Assembly: GCA_951406725.2 (NCBI GenBank)
Contig: OX597818.1
Coordinates: 83,018,001 to 83,082,000, forward strand
Reading direction: 5' to 3'
Origin: Octopus vulgaris
Taxonomy: Eukaryota
Length of the DNA: 64,000 bases
The notes beneath the pieces were generated by a model that was not told the origin of the DNA, made no database searches, and saw only the letters and a program-made list of their open reading frames with translations. A program made the translations under genes and the position numbers. How positions within the stretch are numbered: position 1 is the stretch's first letter; the number at the start of each line of letters is the position of its first letter. Shown here piece by piece: positions 1-12,355 of this stretch.

Positions 1-284
1 CCCCTTTTATTGAAGCTCTTTTGTAATTTTTCCTAGCTGTAATTACTAGTATTAAGGTTGTGTAGCGAAAGCCTGCCAGGATAAGAGCAGAGAAGCCAGA
101 TGCAATGAAAATTATTACAGTCCTCTCTATCTCCACCTATCTCAGCTATTACCAACGAAACACGCTAATTTTTACATGTAAATTCAGATGGTTGTAGATA
201 TATAAAGTAACCTAATTGGATTCCCTATTTTTAAATATTTTACCATGCTTTCTTTCATTTTGTATTTGCAGTCATTTATGCGAG

Positions 285-647
285 CTTCATACACACGCAC
301 ACACACACACACACACAATCACTCACACGTGCACGCATTCACATATACATGCATGTGTGAGGGTGTGCCTGTATCTACATACGTACGTAGATGCAAATAT
401 ATATATATATATAAACGCCCACGCATACGCATATATGTGTGTGTGTGTGTGTGCATATACACATACATACATACATACATACATACATACATACATACAT
501 TGGCATAGAGAGTTCTCCGCAATATTCTATTAAAGCCTCTGTTAGAAACTTAGGAATAATTTTAATAGGCAATCACTTATTAAAGCGGGAATAGTTATCT
601 ATTGATCGATCCCGTTTATAGATGGAGGCGCGTGTACATATAAATAC

Positions 648-680
<33 letters not shown>

Positions 681-797
681 ATGATATATAAATATGTATA
701 TATAAATATACATACAAATATATATACATATATACATACATACATACATATATAATATAGATAGATATATTTTGTGTGCCTGAGTATGTGTGTGTGC

Positions 798-850
<53 letters not shown>
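285..850. repeat. Compound microsatellite block (CA)n/(TA)n/(CATA)n/(TG)n
   Basis: Directly visible; explains the HT/IY/CV-rich ORFs. Confidence 0.95.
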
Positions 851-1029
851 TACGTGCTACGTGATGCTACGTGATTTGTTTATCTGAATTTTCTTCACAT
901 TTATTATGTTGCTTTAAAATGGAATCAGATTATCGTATGATGAAATATTTGAATACAAACGCGATGCATGAATTCTAAACGCACACATGCATTTGCACTC
1001 ACTTTATACATATAAATATTTTAAGTTTT

Positions 1030-1205
1030 ACTTTTTTCAGTCATTAGACAGCGGCCATGCTGGGACACCGCCTTGAACCACTTTTACTCGAATGTATCAA
1101 CTCTAGGACCTTTTAAAGCCTGGTATTTATTCTATCGAACATTGAATGCGAAGCGTTAAGTTAACGTAAAAACACCAACACCTGTTGTCAAATGATGATG
1201 GGGAT
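1030..1205 (-). mobile_element. 3' part of SINE group C
   Basis: tttcagtcattagacagcggccatgctgggacaccgccttgaa matches the reverse complement of the tail at 63940-63985 and the copies at 21950 and 52750. Confidence 0.75.
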
Positions 1206-1215
1206 ACACATGCTG

Positions 1216-1273
<58 letters not shown>

Positions 1274-1282
1274 TCACACACA

Positions 1283-1812
1283 CATGGTGCGGTGAATAAA
1301 CTGTCGTCTAAATTACGCAAAAATGAAATTAACACTGACATCTCATTTTAGCAGATATATTTACATAAAAATATCTTGAGATACTAAAGAGTAAATATAC
1401 TCAATAGTATTGCCATTGGCTTCAAGTACGGCCTCCAGACAACTTCGGAATCTCCTAACTTATCCGGGAGGTTTCATTGTTTAAGTTTGTGAATGCTGCC
1501 ATAATCTTTTGCCTTCAGTTCATCTTTGGTGTAACGAGTTTTGTCGATCTCTCGCTCAACTGCGCCCCACACATAAGAATCGAGGGGTTGCAGTCTGGAG
1601 ACTTAGGTGGCTAGATGTAAGGGATAATGTGGTCGCAAGAATTGTCTGGCAGCCATGACTGGGTTTTGCTTGTGTGGCATGGTTCAAAGTCCTGTTGCCA
1701 GACATAGGATTTTCTAGGAGTCAAACTTTTGACCCAGCGCAGCACTACCCCCTCCAGGCACTTGATGTAGGCCTATGTGTTGTCTCTGAGGCCGCGTAGG
1801 AAGATGATGTTC
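1283..1812 (-). mobile_element. Tc1/mariner DD37D (maT-type) transposon relic, C-terminal half plus TIR
   Basis: Minus-strand translation gives AYIKCLEGVVLRWVK..YVWQQD..PCHTS..PPKSPDCNPLDSYVWGAVERE..RRFRSCLEAVLEANGNTIE*, with stops and frameshifts; TIR-like catggtgcggtgaataaactgtcgtc. Confidence 0.85.
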
Positions 1813-2244
1813 ATTAGACGTTTGATTTTTATCACTCTCGGTACATGTCCTCAGATTGACACCCGAACACTCTAAAATGTTCGTATTGGAGCTTCCGTTG
1901 AATATGCCAAGCAGTACAACATGTCGTTTCCAAATTTTTGGCAGAGTGAATTGCATCATGTTGCCGATTTTTTCGAAGACTGGTACTTATTTTATCAATG
2001 ACTGTGTTGACATATTCTTTGATTTTGTAGGACTTTACTGACCATGAAAAGTAAGCTGCACGTTTACATACACAAAAATGCTGCGAAATGCCATTAGGAA
2101 ATAGAGAAAGAATGGAGATTGAACTTGATCTACATTCAACATGACAATGTACGACCACGCATATAACATAAAGGATAAAGAATTTTCTCGAATCACAGAG
2201 ACTCATAGATTCATAAGACCTCTTTCTCAGTTTTTGTGGCGTAT

Positions 2245-2430
2245 GTTTTTCCCACTGACTTGACGCCGGCCCGTCGCAAGTATACTCAATTTTACCAGCT
2301 GAGTAGACTCGAGAAATGTGAAATGAAGTGTTTTGCAAGAGAACACAATGCATCGCCTGATTTCAAGAATCAAAACTGCAACCTTACTATAATGAATCCA
2401 TACCCTAAACTCTAAGGCCCGCACCTTCAC
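2245..2430 (-). mobile_element. tRNA-headed SINE, group B (Meta-domain-like), degraded
   Basis: Reverse complement aligns by eye with the head and central domain of 2989-3245. Confidence 0.7.
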
Positions 2431-2988
2431 TGAGATCATGTATTCTTGGACAGAACTTACGTAATTAGCAGGTTTTAAAAGTTATGTTGATCAAAAGTTA
2501 TGTTGATCTGCAGTGTTAATTAATAGCAACAACAAAACAAGAACACCAGGCATAGAAAACAAAATGAAAATCAAAGAAAATTCAGCCTATGTTAGCACAA
2601 TGCACCACGTAAGATAAAGCTGTCATTGGTATAATGCCCTACGACATCGAAGGTTTTTAAAAATGGATTGAAGTGAATATATATATAAATATCTTATAAA
2701 AATTGTAAGTGTGTATGCGGTGAGAAAGATACAACACCAGCTTAATGTACTAGTGTTTTAATTATCTTTATATTACAATTATGATGATAGCAGATATATA
2801 AATTGATTGGTTGGTTAGTTGATTGATTGAATCTCCTGTCACACTTTACATTACACAGAGAGAAGGTGGAGAGAGAGACAGCAAGAGAGAGAGAGAGATA
2901 TAGAGTAACCGTTAATATAAGAGGCGCAGTATGATTGAAACCGCAAGATTTGGTGATTGGGAATGAGTAAACAGATGCTACATAAACA

Positions 2989-3245
2989 CGTGGAGGTGCG
3001 TGGTTTAGTGGTGAGAGTGTTGGACTCATGATTGTAAGATTATGGTTTCGATTCCTGGACCGGGCGATGAGTTGTGTTCTGGAGTAAAACACCTCATTTC
3101 ATGTTGCTCCAGTCCACTCAGCTAGCAAAAATGAGTATTCCTGTGACTGACCGGCGTCCCGTCCAGGTGGAAGATATACACACCGCAGGAAACCGGAAAC
3201 CGGCCCTTATGAGATTAGCATGGTTCGAGAAGGAAACATTTATTT
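2989..3245 (+). mobile_element. tRNA-headed SINE, group B
   Basis: A box tggtttagtgg, B box gtttcgattcc, central domain tgtgttctggagtaaaacacctcatttcatgttgctccagtccactcagct resembling the Meta-SINE domain, then gaccggcgtcccgtccagg. Confidence 0.8.
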
Positions 3246-3369
3246 TCATCTTACATAAATACATACACGCTCGCGCGGCGGAGACAGTGAGAGAGAAAGA
3301 TTCAGACACAGAGGTGAAGTAGGGAAAGTCAACCTGGAATTGAGGGAGTAATTGACAGTGTAATAAATA

Positions 3370-4445
3370 TTGATTTCACATTTTGGTACGAGCCCTGCAA
3401 TTTCGAGAGAGGGTTTAAGTCGATTACATCGACTGGTACTTATTTTATCAACACCAAAAGGATTAAAGGAAAAAGTCGACCTCTGCGGAAATTGAACCTA
3501 GAATGTAAAGACGAACAAAAACACCCGTTAGGCATTTTTCCCGGTGATCTAACAATTCTACCAGCTCACCGACAGTAGATATTGATTTCAAATTTTGGCA
3601 CAAGGTCAGCAATACCGGAAGAGGGAGCTAAGTCGGTTACATCAACCCAAGTGTTCAACTGGTAATTATTTTATTGACCCAGAAAGGATGAAAGGCAAAG
3701 TCGACTCCGGCGGCATTTGAACTCAGAACATGAAGACAGATGAAATACCGCTAATCATTCCGTCCGGCTTGCTAACGATAGTGCCAGCTCGCTACCTTTC
3801 CTGAACTCAAATAATACCAAGGACGATTTAGTCTTTAATCTTTTCGGAGTCTCTAAATGAAGTATCGGCCAAGTATTGAAATCTACGTAACCGACTTACC
3901 CACACTCCAATCATAATTGCAGGATTTGTGCCAAGGTTTAAAAAATCCAATGGCAGATGTTACGGCTAATCACAAAAATATATTTCCAAAGTTGACCGTC
4001 ATATGATGGGTAATTTTCTAGTTGAAATATTCTGTTCTACACTACGCACAAGGCCCAACATTTTGGGGGAAGGGACCAGTCGATTAGATCGACCCATTAA
4101 GTAACTGCCACTTAATTTATCGATGAAAGGCAAAGTCAACCTCAGCGATATTTGAACTCAGAACGTAATGGCAGACGAAATAACGCTAAGCATTTCGCTC
4201 GGCGTGCTAACGTTTCTTATTTATTGCCCACAAGGGGCTAAACATAGAGGGGACGAACAAGGACAGACAAAGAAATTAAGTCGATTACATCGTCACCAGT
4301 GCGTAACTGGTACTTAATTTATCGATCCCGAAAGGATTAAAGTCCAAGTCAAACTCAGTGGTATTTGAACTCAGAATGTAAAGACAGATGAAATGACGCT
4401 AAGCATTTCACTCGGCGTGCTAACGTTTCTGCCAGCTCGCTGCCT
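3370..4445 (-). mobile_element. Cluster of about 5 co-oriented group A SINEs (Nin/Deu-domain-like core)
   Basis: Repeated ctggtacttaatttatcgaccccgaaaggatgaaaggcaaagtcgacctcggcggaatttgaactcagaac; on the minus strand B box gagttcaaattcc followed by gtcgactttgcctttcatcc. Confidence 0.85.
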
Positions 4446-4459
4446 TTTTCTAATTGAAA

Positions 4460-4773
4460 TATTGGCACTCCATCGCTTACGACGATGAAGGTTCCGATCA
4501 ACAGAACAGCCTGCTCGTGAAATTAACGTGCAAGTGACTGAGCACTCCACAGACAGGTGCACTTTTTACGTAGTTCTCAAGGAGATTCAGCATGATACAG
4601 AGTGTGACAAGGCTGGGTCCTTTGAAATTCAGGTACTATTTTGCCAGCTGGATGATCTAGAGCCACGTAAACTAAAGTGTCTCGCTCAAGGTCACAATGC
4701 GCCGCCGGAAAGCGAACACATGACCTTACAATCATGAGCCCAATACCCTAACCACTAAGCTAAACGCCTGCAC
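4460..4773 (-). mobile_element. Group B SINE with a different 3' tail
   Basis: Head (rc) gtgcaggcgtttagcttagtggttagggtattgggctcatgattgtaagg matches the 2989 copy; the tail at 4460-4630 is unrelated to that copy's tail. Confidence 0.75.
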
Positions 4774-4784
4774 ATAGAATACTG

Positions 4785-4996
4785 TTTTCTACTCTAGGCA
4801 CAAGGGCCGAAATTTTGGGGGAGGGGTTACTCGATTAGATCGACTCCAGTACGCAACTGGTACTTAATTTATCGACTCCGAAAGGATAAAACGCAAAGTC
4901 GACCTTAGCGGAATATGAACTCAGAACACAAAGACAGACGAAATACAGCTAAGCATTTCGCTCGGCATGTTAACGTTCCTGCCAGCTCACCGCCTT
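4785..4996 (-). mobile_element. Group A SINE, full length, tail type B
   Basis: Same core as 3370-4445; head gccagctcaccgcct at about 4995. Confidence 0.85.
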
Positions 4997-5069
4997 ACTT
5001 AAAATATTATTCGCCATTAGACAAACGTTGCTCTGCCATCGCATAATTGCATTGAAATAGACTTCTCAT

Positions 5070-5284
5070 CTTTTCTTTATTCTTACCACTTGTTTCCGTC
5101 GTTAGACTACACCCAGTCTGGAGCAGAGCCTACATGAATTTTACCCGACCACTCTACATGTTTTCTTTATAACCGAGATACTTCTCTCGGTGTCTTTTGC
5201 CGAATCGTTAGGTGATGGGGAAATAAAGACACCAAAACTGGTCTTCAACCGGTGTTGGGATGCAAACTAGGACACAAAGACACC

Positions 5285-5322
<38 letters not shown>

Positions 5323-5556
5323 CGCACACACACATACACAAACACACAAACAGTCACACACATACAAGCACATACATGTGCGCGCGCGTATATTTATACG
5401 CCGGTCTTCTTTCAGTTTCCGCCAACCAAATTCACTCGTAAGGCTCAGGTCGACCTGAGGTTATAGTAGAAGACACCCACGGTTGCACGTAGTGGGACTG
5501 AACCTGGGATAATGTGGTTGGGAACCAAGCTTCTTACCACACAGCCACGCCTGCGC
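5070..5556 (-). mobile_element. Group C SINE with internal (CA)n microsatellite
   Basis: Head (rc) gcgcaggcgtggctgtgtggtaagaagc..ggttcagtccc matches the plus-strand copy at 63617. Confidence 0.8.
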
Positions 5557-6113
5557 ATGGTTTCATGGGTCACATCTAATGTTTCGCTTGCCACTTTACA
5601 ATATATGTAGCCAGGAAAAATTCATTGCACATAACATTAAAAACAACGTGTTCTACGCTATTCAGTATTAAATTCTAAGAACATTTAGATAAAAATTTAG
5701 ATTCTTGGACGTTGGTAGAGATAAGAAGAATATTTTCTTCTTTCTTTCTTCATTGATTGCATGCTAAAATGGCTGAAAACAGAAAGAGATATACATCGAA
5801 TACTCACATACATAAATACACAGACACACACACATACACACGCACACCTGAAACGCCTACGGCATCCCAAATTTCGTCTCCATTGTGCTACCGAAGTTTA
5901 GGGATATTTTCAATAAAGAAGAACTACAAAAACAAAACGGTCTTCTAACTTAACTCTTTGTTGCGGTTCTTCCTCTCGTTCTTACAATTGTAGTTGATAT
6001 TGTTGTTACTGATGTTGCTGTCGTTCTTCTTAATTTATGTTTTCTTTATATTTAGTTTTCATTTACGTGCTACTATATTTTTTCTACTTTGTTATCAATC
6101 TTTCTAATGCATG

Positions 6114-6114
<1 letters not shown>

Positions 6115-6180
<66 letters not shown>

Positions 6181-6463
6181 GAACACACACGCATACACAC
6201 ATATATAGGTATGCGTATATGTAAGTCAATCACCCATACGTTGTGCATTTATTTATTTATCTGGATATATATATATGTATGTGTGTGTGTGTGAGTGCGT
6301 ATATATATATGTATATATATATCCATACATATATACTATATCTATGTATATTTATATATACACATACATATATACTATATGTCCCTATATAAACATATAT
6401 GTATATATATACAGATGTATATATACATATATATATATATATGTATATATATTTACATATATT

Positions 6464-6527
<64 letters not shown>

Positions 6528-6570
6528 TATACATACATACATACATACGCATACATATATACACCTACAT
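6115..6570. repeat. (TA)n/(TACA)n low-complexity block
   Basis: Directly visible. Confidence 0.95.
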
Positions 6571-7657
6571 ATATTTCTGTGCGTGTGCGGTTTATTTTTT
6601 TCTCTTAACTTTCATTTGACAAATGGCGATTTCGAATTCTTTTATAACATCATATCCACGTCGAAAACATCTGCAAAGGAACTGAAGAGACTAATACAGG
6701 AAAAGAATCTTTGACATTTGTTTCTGTTGTAAACACAAAGAAAACCCCTCACATTTTTTTTTCAAACATTTATTTAAACGTCTTTTTATACGTGTATTTC
6801 ATTATTTCTTGTTTTTAGTTTTAGTTTTACTTTCCCCCATCCCTCCCGATTAAACGTATCCATTGAATAAAGTTTTTCAGCCTTTGTCAATGGTTTCGAC
6901 CTTTTGACTCTGTAACAAGATAAGGCTATGATAGTTAGAAACGAAATTTCGTATTGTTGAAACGAAGTATTCCTATGTTTGTGTTTGTGTGTGTGTGTGT
7001 GAGTATACCTGTGTATGTGTGTGTATGCTTGCATTTACGCATACACATTTACATGTGCACATTCATGCATTTATACATGATTACATGCTTGCATACACAT
7101 ACTCACGTGAGTATATCTGAATTCGTATACATATGTATGTATGTATGTCTTTATGTATGCATGTATGCATGCATGTATATATGTATGCATGTACGTATGT
7201 GTATGTATATATTTATATATATATACATGTAACACATATATAACTTCATATCTGCAGGTATATATTAATATACGTATGTATGCATAGTATGTATGTATGT
7301 ATGTGTGTATGCATATATGTATCCATATATAAATGGATAGATTGCTGGATACATGTTCTTGCATAGTCAAAAAGCACACACTCACGCAGACTCACACATA
7401 CACACACATACATACTTACACACATATATATGCATATATACACATGTATGTATGTTAATGCATTTGTATACACAAAAGTGTATACATAAGTAATTGAGTT
7501 TTTCTGTGCTCATTTAATACGTGTAATCTAGCCGCGCGTTTACAATCAGTGGCTAGAATACAGGACTCCCTGTACAACAGAGAATTTTCACCTGTCATGT
7601 AGAATCTCCTCAGGTACCTCTATTCCATGCTTTCCACGGAAGGTGAGAGAGAGAGAC

Positions 7658-7702
<45 letters not shown>

Positions 7703-7705
7703 GAC

Positions 7706-7747
<42 letters not shown>

Positions 7748-8696
7748 GCAGAGAGTGACAGAGAGGAAAATGGCGGAGTTGTTCAGCGCATTATACTGCT
7801 ACTTATTAAAAGTGAGATGAACAACATAACCTTTACATGTACATTTGGATAACAGTTCATTCGTTAGCGTCTGCTGTCCACAATATACAATAAAAAAGAT
7901 ATCATGTTTGTGTGTAAGTTTTGAACAAATGTGTACAAATCGTTGAGTCCAAACGTAACAAACAGAAATAGTATTTTTTGTTTAACATGACAGCCTGGTT
8001 ATCTTTCATGTCTGTCAGAGTAAATGAATAAATCAACTGCAATGTTAACAAGAGCTTGACGACTACAAATTCCATCTGGCATGGTCATGTATCACACTGA
8101 AAATACTGACGAAATGCACAAACCGCTGAATAGGAATGATAATAATTAGTTGTAAACTAAACAGTTATGGTTAACTTATTAACTGGTAAGTAAGAGTGAC
8201 CTGCCCTTCTTATACAGCAGATCTATTACATATGTATCAGCTACGCACTCCTGCTTAGTCTTACGCTCTTACACATGGCAATGGATTTCTCTGTCCTGCA
8301 TTGAGTCGGTTTATCTGTGCTCCGACTTTTATACAAATCAGTATTACATGCGAAATGGGGCATAGTTTTGCAGCTTCCTCAAATCTTCTGCAGATGAGGA
8401 CGCGCATTGCTATTTTCCAGCAGCCTACTTCACTCACAGGTGTCCTACAATACGCCATTTATTCTGAAAGAGAAACCGTTTGTTGACATCAAATGCAAAG
8501 CACACGAGACGCATTACTCCCTTCCGCTGATTACTATACCTTTTCAGCAGTCACATATAGGTATTGCTTCTCTCGTACATACACAATCCCATGCTTACAT
8601 GCACAATCTTATGCATACATACACAATCCCATGCATACATACACAAGTACATATGTAAACTATATCCGTATTAGGATCTAAAACGTCAAACATAAA

Positions 8697-9087
8697 TAGT
8701 AATAGTAGTAGTAGAAGTAGTAGTAGTAGTAGCAGCAGCAGCAGCAGTAACAGCAGCAGTACCAGTAGCAGTAGTAGTAGTAGTATCAGTAGCAGCAGTA
8801 GTAGTAGTAGTAGTAGTAGATGAGTAGCAGTACCAGTAGTAGTAGTAGTAGTAGCAGCAGCAGCAGTAACAGCAGCAGTACCAGTAGCAGTAGTAGTAGT
8901 AGTAGTACCTGTAGCAGTAGTAGTAGTAGTAGTAGTAGCAGCAGCAGTACCAGTAGTAGTAGTAGCAGTAGCAGTACTAGTAGTAGTGGTAGTAGCAGCA
9001 GTGGTGATTGTTGTACTAGTAGAAGAAGGGGGAGAAGGAGGAGGAGGAAGAGAAGAAGCAGGAGGAGAAGGGGAAGAAAAGTAGTAG

Positions 9088-9173
<86 letters not shown>

Positions 9174-9195
9174 ATAGCAGCAGCCATCAGCAGCA
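8697..9195. repeat. (AGT)n/(AGC)n trinucleotide block with internal higher-order duplication
   Basis: gcagcagcagtaacagcagcagtaccagtagcagtagtag occurs at about 8738 and about 8857. Confidence 0.9.
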
Positions 9196-10284
9196 TATAG
9201 TATTGGGTTGAATCTGTTTAGAAATACATTAAAATAAAGGCTGTCACCAGATTGAGTGTAACAACCTTATTACTAATGACCTAAACATAATAGAAGATAT
9301 GCAGCAATACTTTGTTGTAAGAGCAAAAACAACAAAATACCTCGTGGAGTGCCCCTGGTGTGACCTGGTGTGACCTGGTGTGCCCTTGGTGTTCAAACTC
9401 TTATGGGAGAGTGAATCTTTTCTGAAGTAAATTAAGATGACGAGGGATTGAAAGTTTGAAATTTATATGGAAGTGGTGTACTGCGTATACACATTTAGTT
9501 TCTTTTTTTTCTCCACAATACAAAATGTCTTCAAATTTGTAGCCGTTTGTAGCCATGAAAAGTGCTATTTTGTCCTTCTTTTCAATCGTCAGCTCGGCAT
9601 GACTTGAGACAATTTCATTGGGGTTAATTCACCCTTTTACGAATTTGGAGGATAGTTATTGGGAGAAAATAATTTTAAAGTAATTTCTGATTGTTTTCGT
9701 TAACTGTCCAGCAATATAGAAGAGAGAGGGAGAGGGAGAGAGAGAAGGGGTGAGGGAGAGGGAATGTGAGGAGAGAGAGGACTGAGAAAAAGAGAGGGGA
9801 GGGAAGAAAGAGAGTTATTTCTTAAATGTGTGATTACTGGACTTTAATAGTAAAAGAAATTAAGAACTATAACTTTATAAAAAATATATTAGTCTCACGA
9901 ATTTTAACCGGAATTGCAATAATATCAGCACATTTTTCCTAAATAGGAACTGGTGATTTCCGAAAGTACTATATTCTTAGCTTAAACTCAAATTCTGAGT
10001 AAACTTATTCAAAGTCATTACCATAGGTTACATACAACTACTTATTTTGTGGATTTGAAAATAGAAATTTGAACCAGAATGTCGAAGGCTCGAAAATGAT
10101 ATAACTTAAATGAACATCATAATAACACTGGATAATGTTCTGACATGTGATCAGAAGCTTGACGGATATATTGAGTTCGTTGAGCAATTCGAAATTAATG
10201 TTTCTAAAAATGAATAAAGAAGAATGTCGTAGACAATAAAATAAATAAAATACTAAACTAAATAAAATAGAAACAAAATTATTT

Positions 10285-10615
10285 GTAATACAGGGTGAAC
10301 ATAGGTACGAAACCCTCGTCTAAGGATCGTTTGCTGGAGCTGTCGCAATACCGTATAAGCACTAGCAATTCTAGAATCCAGTCCAGCCTCCTGCTTCCCA
10401 TCAGGTGTGAATTCAGACCTGCGACACTTAAACGCCACCACTTGTCCGGATGGTGCTGAGTAATGAGTGATCGAAAAAGTTCGATCGCAAATGCCAGCGG
10501 CCGAGATGGGCTTTCTCTGAAGGATCTCTGTTGTAACATTAGTCGGCGGTCAGAGTTTCTCTCCACATCAACCTGCTACTTATCCACAATGAGAGGTCAC
10601 AGCTGAGGTACTACA
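10285..10615 (-). mobile_element. RTE-clade LINE reverse transcriptase fragment nested in the Gypsy element
   Basis: QVVAFKCRRSEFTPDGKQEAGLDSRIASAYTVLRQL resembles the RTE/Expander motif QVxxFKYLGxxFTSDGRxxxExDxRIGxAxxVMRxL. Confidence 0.65.
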
Positions 10616-11650
10616 GTCACGTTCATGGTCATGGTCACAGTATTGCCATGTGTCATTCAAACGAGATAATATCCATAGTCTCATTTGGTTACACTTGGAA
10701 ATCCACCTGGAAAATTTAATGACATTCGCTCCTTAAAGGACACTATGGAGTAAGTGGCTAAGGTTTCTAATTCATCTCCATTCTTAGGATTGATGAGCGA
10801 AGATGGATGTATAGACGAATGTAACAAAAGGTGGACCTCATGAATTTTGGTGTGTCACATTATATTAGAAGCAAGTGTAAATCTGGATCTATATACTGGT
10901 TTGTGGATATAAATATGCAACATTAAAGTGTCCCACATTTTGTTAAACCTATTTTGAGTGTAATAAATGAAAACAAAATGCACGCTTTGAAGCAATAATT
11001 TATTTTACAAAAACTGAAGAATGTTAAAGAAATTAAAAATGAATTTTAAGAAGCTATCTATGACATTGCCCTGAAATATTCTATAAATATTAGAGTAAAA
11101 TTCAACAACGTTAATTTTATGATGTTGGTTGATACTAGAAGTCAGTTAAATCTAACATCTCAGAATTTCTGGATCATTTTAAATAAATCATAATTACGAA
11201 AGTAAGATTTCAAATTATAAAATATTTCCTTGAAATTTTGGGGAAGTTTGTCGCTCATTACTGGAAACTGATGAAAGAATAGCAAGTTGTAACTGTCATT
11301 AGTGTTGAACGTAAAAATATAATCACAGGTTACTTGATACGAACATGATGAATGTCGATAGTTCAAATGAAATTCATGAGAGTAATGTTCTAGGACACTT
11401 TGAGAGGAATAAAGCTAAGGGAAGCATCAGGCCACGTCAGTTTGAAGTAAGTCCATTACCAATACACATTAAATCATTAATTACACTGAAACTGAGGGAT
11501 CTAATTAATGGAGATCTTTCAGAAGAAACGCTTTTCGGAATAACTAAATTGATCTCCCCTTTAGTGGTTGTTTGAAAGGCGCATGGAGATCTCAGGATAT
11601 GTTGGAGTTATAAAGTAGTTACAAATGATAAACTACAAATTTAAAATACG

Positions 11651-11865
11651 CGAGGGGTGCTGAAAAATTCCTCTTTTTAATGATATCGTGAAAGACCTGA
11701 CTGGAGGCCCAACCTTCCGAGTTCTTTTACAGGGCATAGAAGAACTGAAGGACCGCTGCAAAAGATGTGTGAATGTGAGAGGAGAATACGTTGAATAAAG
11801 TCATAATTAACTGGTCCTCCAGTATTTTCTCTGATCCAAAGCCATGAAATTTTAAGCACCCCTGG
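11651..11865 (+). mobile_element. Short internally deleted mariner (MITE-like) inside the Gypsy RT
   Basis: TIRs cgaggggtgctgaaaaattc / gaaattttaagcacccctgg followed by TA; retains the mariner C-terminus LQGIEELKDRCKRCVNVRGEYVE*. Confidence 0.85.
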
Positions 11866-12189
11866 TATGTTTTTCATTTATACTTTGGCGCATGTTACAT
11901 TAGGAAACTTCATTTTAAAAGCATATTATCAGATAGAAATATATTCTTAAGAAAGGAAGATGCTACGATAAAGCCACTCACCGAGTCTTTTTAAGATTGG
12001 TTCATGTACCATTTGAAATTGAAAGAGACAGATTTACATATCAGTAATTAAACATAATCTTGAAATTAACGTTGCTAATGGTGGACTCTTTTATCGTGAA
12101 AGATCGATGAGGGGTACGCTACATTTTGCTAAACAAGCTGTAGACATATTTGTTTATAATGATGAAATATTTGTGCTAAATATTACCTC

Positions 12190-12355
12190 ATTCACTCCCT
12201 CGAAGCAACATTGCCTGTACAGGATCCATCACATCAGATACTGAAGTGGTCGCAGAAAACGAGAAATGAGTTTTACTGAAGTATTCAACACACTACTCGG
12301 TCCGTGAATCGATACCACGTGCTTTTGTGATCGTGAGTGTAACTACTCGAGCATG
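12190..12355 (-). mobile_element. Degraded group B SINE fragment inside the Gypsy RT
   Basis: ctgaagtggtcgcagaaaacgagaaatgag..tgatcgtgagtgtaactact resembles 47058-47170. Confidence 0.5.

Noticed and set aside
2989-3065. tRNA gene candidates with A and B boxes
   Set aside because: They continue into SINE bodies and lack a proper cloverleaf and terminator.
8261-8490. Short overlapping ORFs with an NARPH-like word
   Set aside because: No other mariner motifs or TIRs nearby.
9345-9395. 10-bp tandem ctggtgtgac repeats; also 16-20 bp duplications at 2477 and 24095
   Set aside because: Ordinary slippage duplications.
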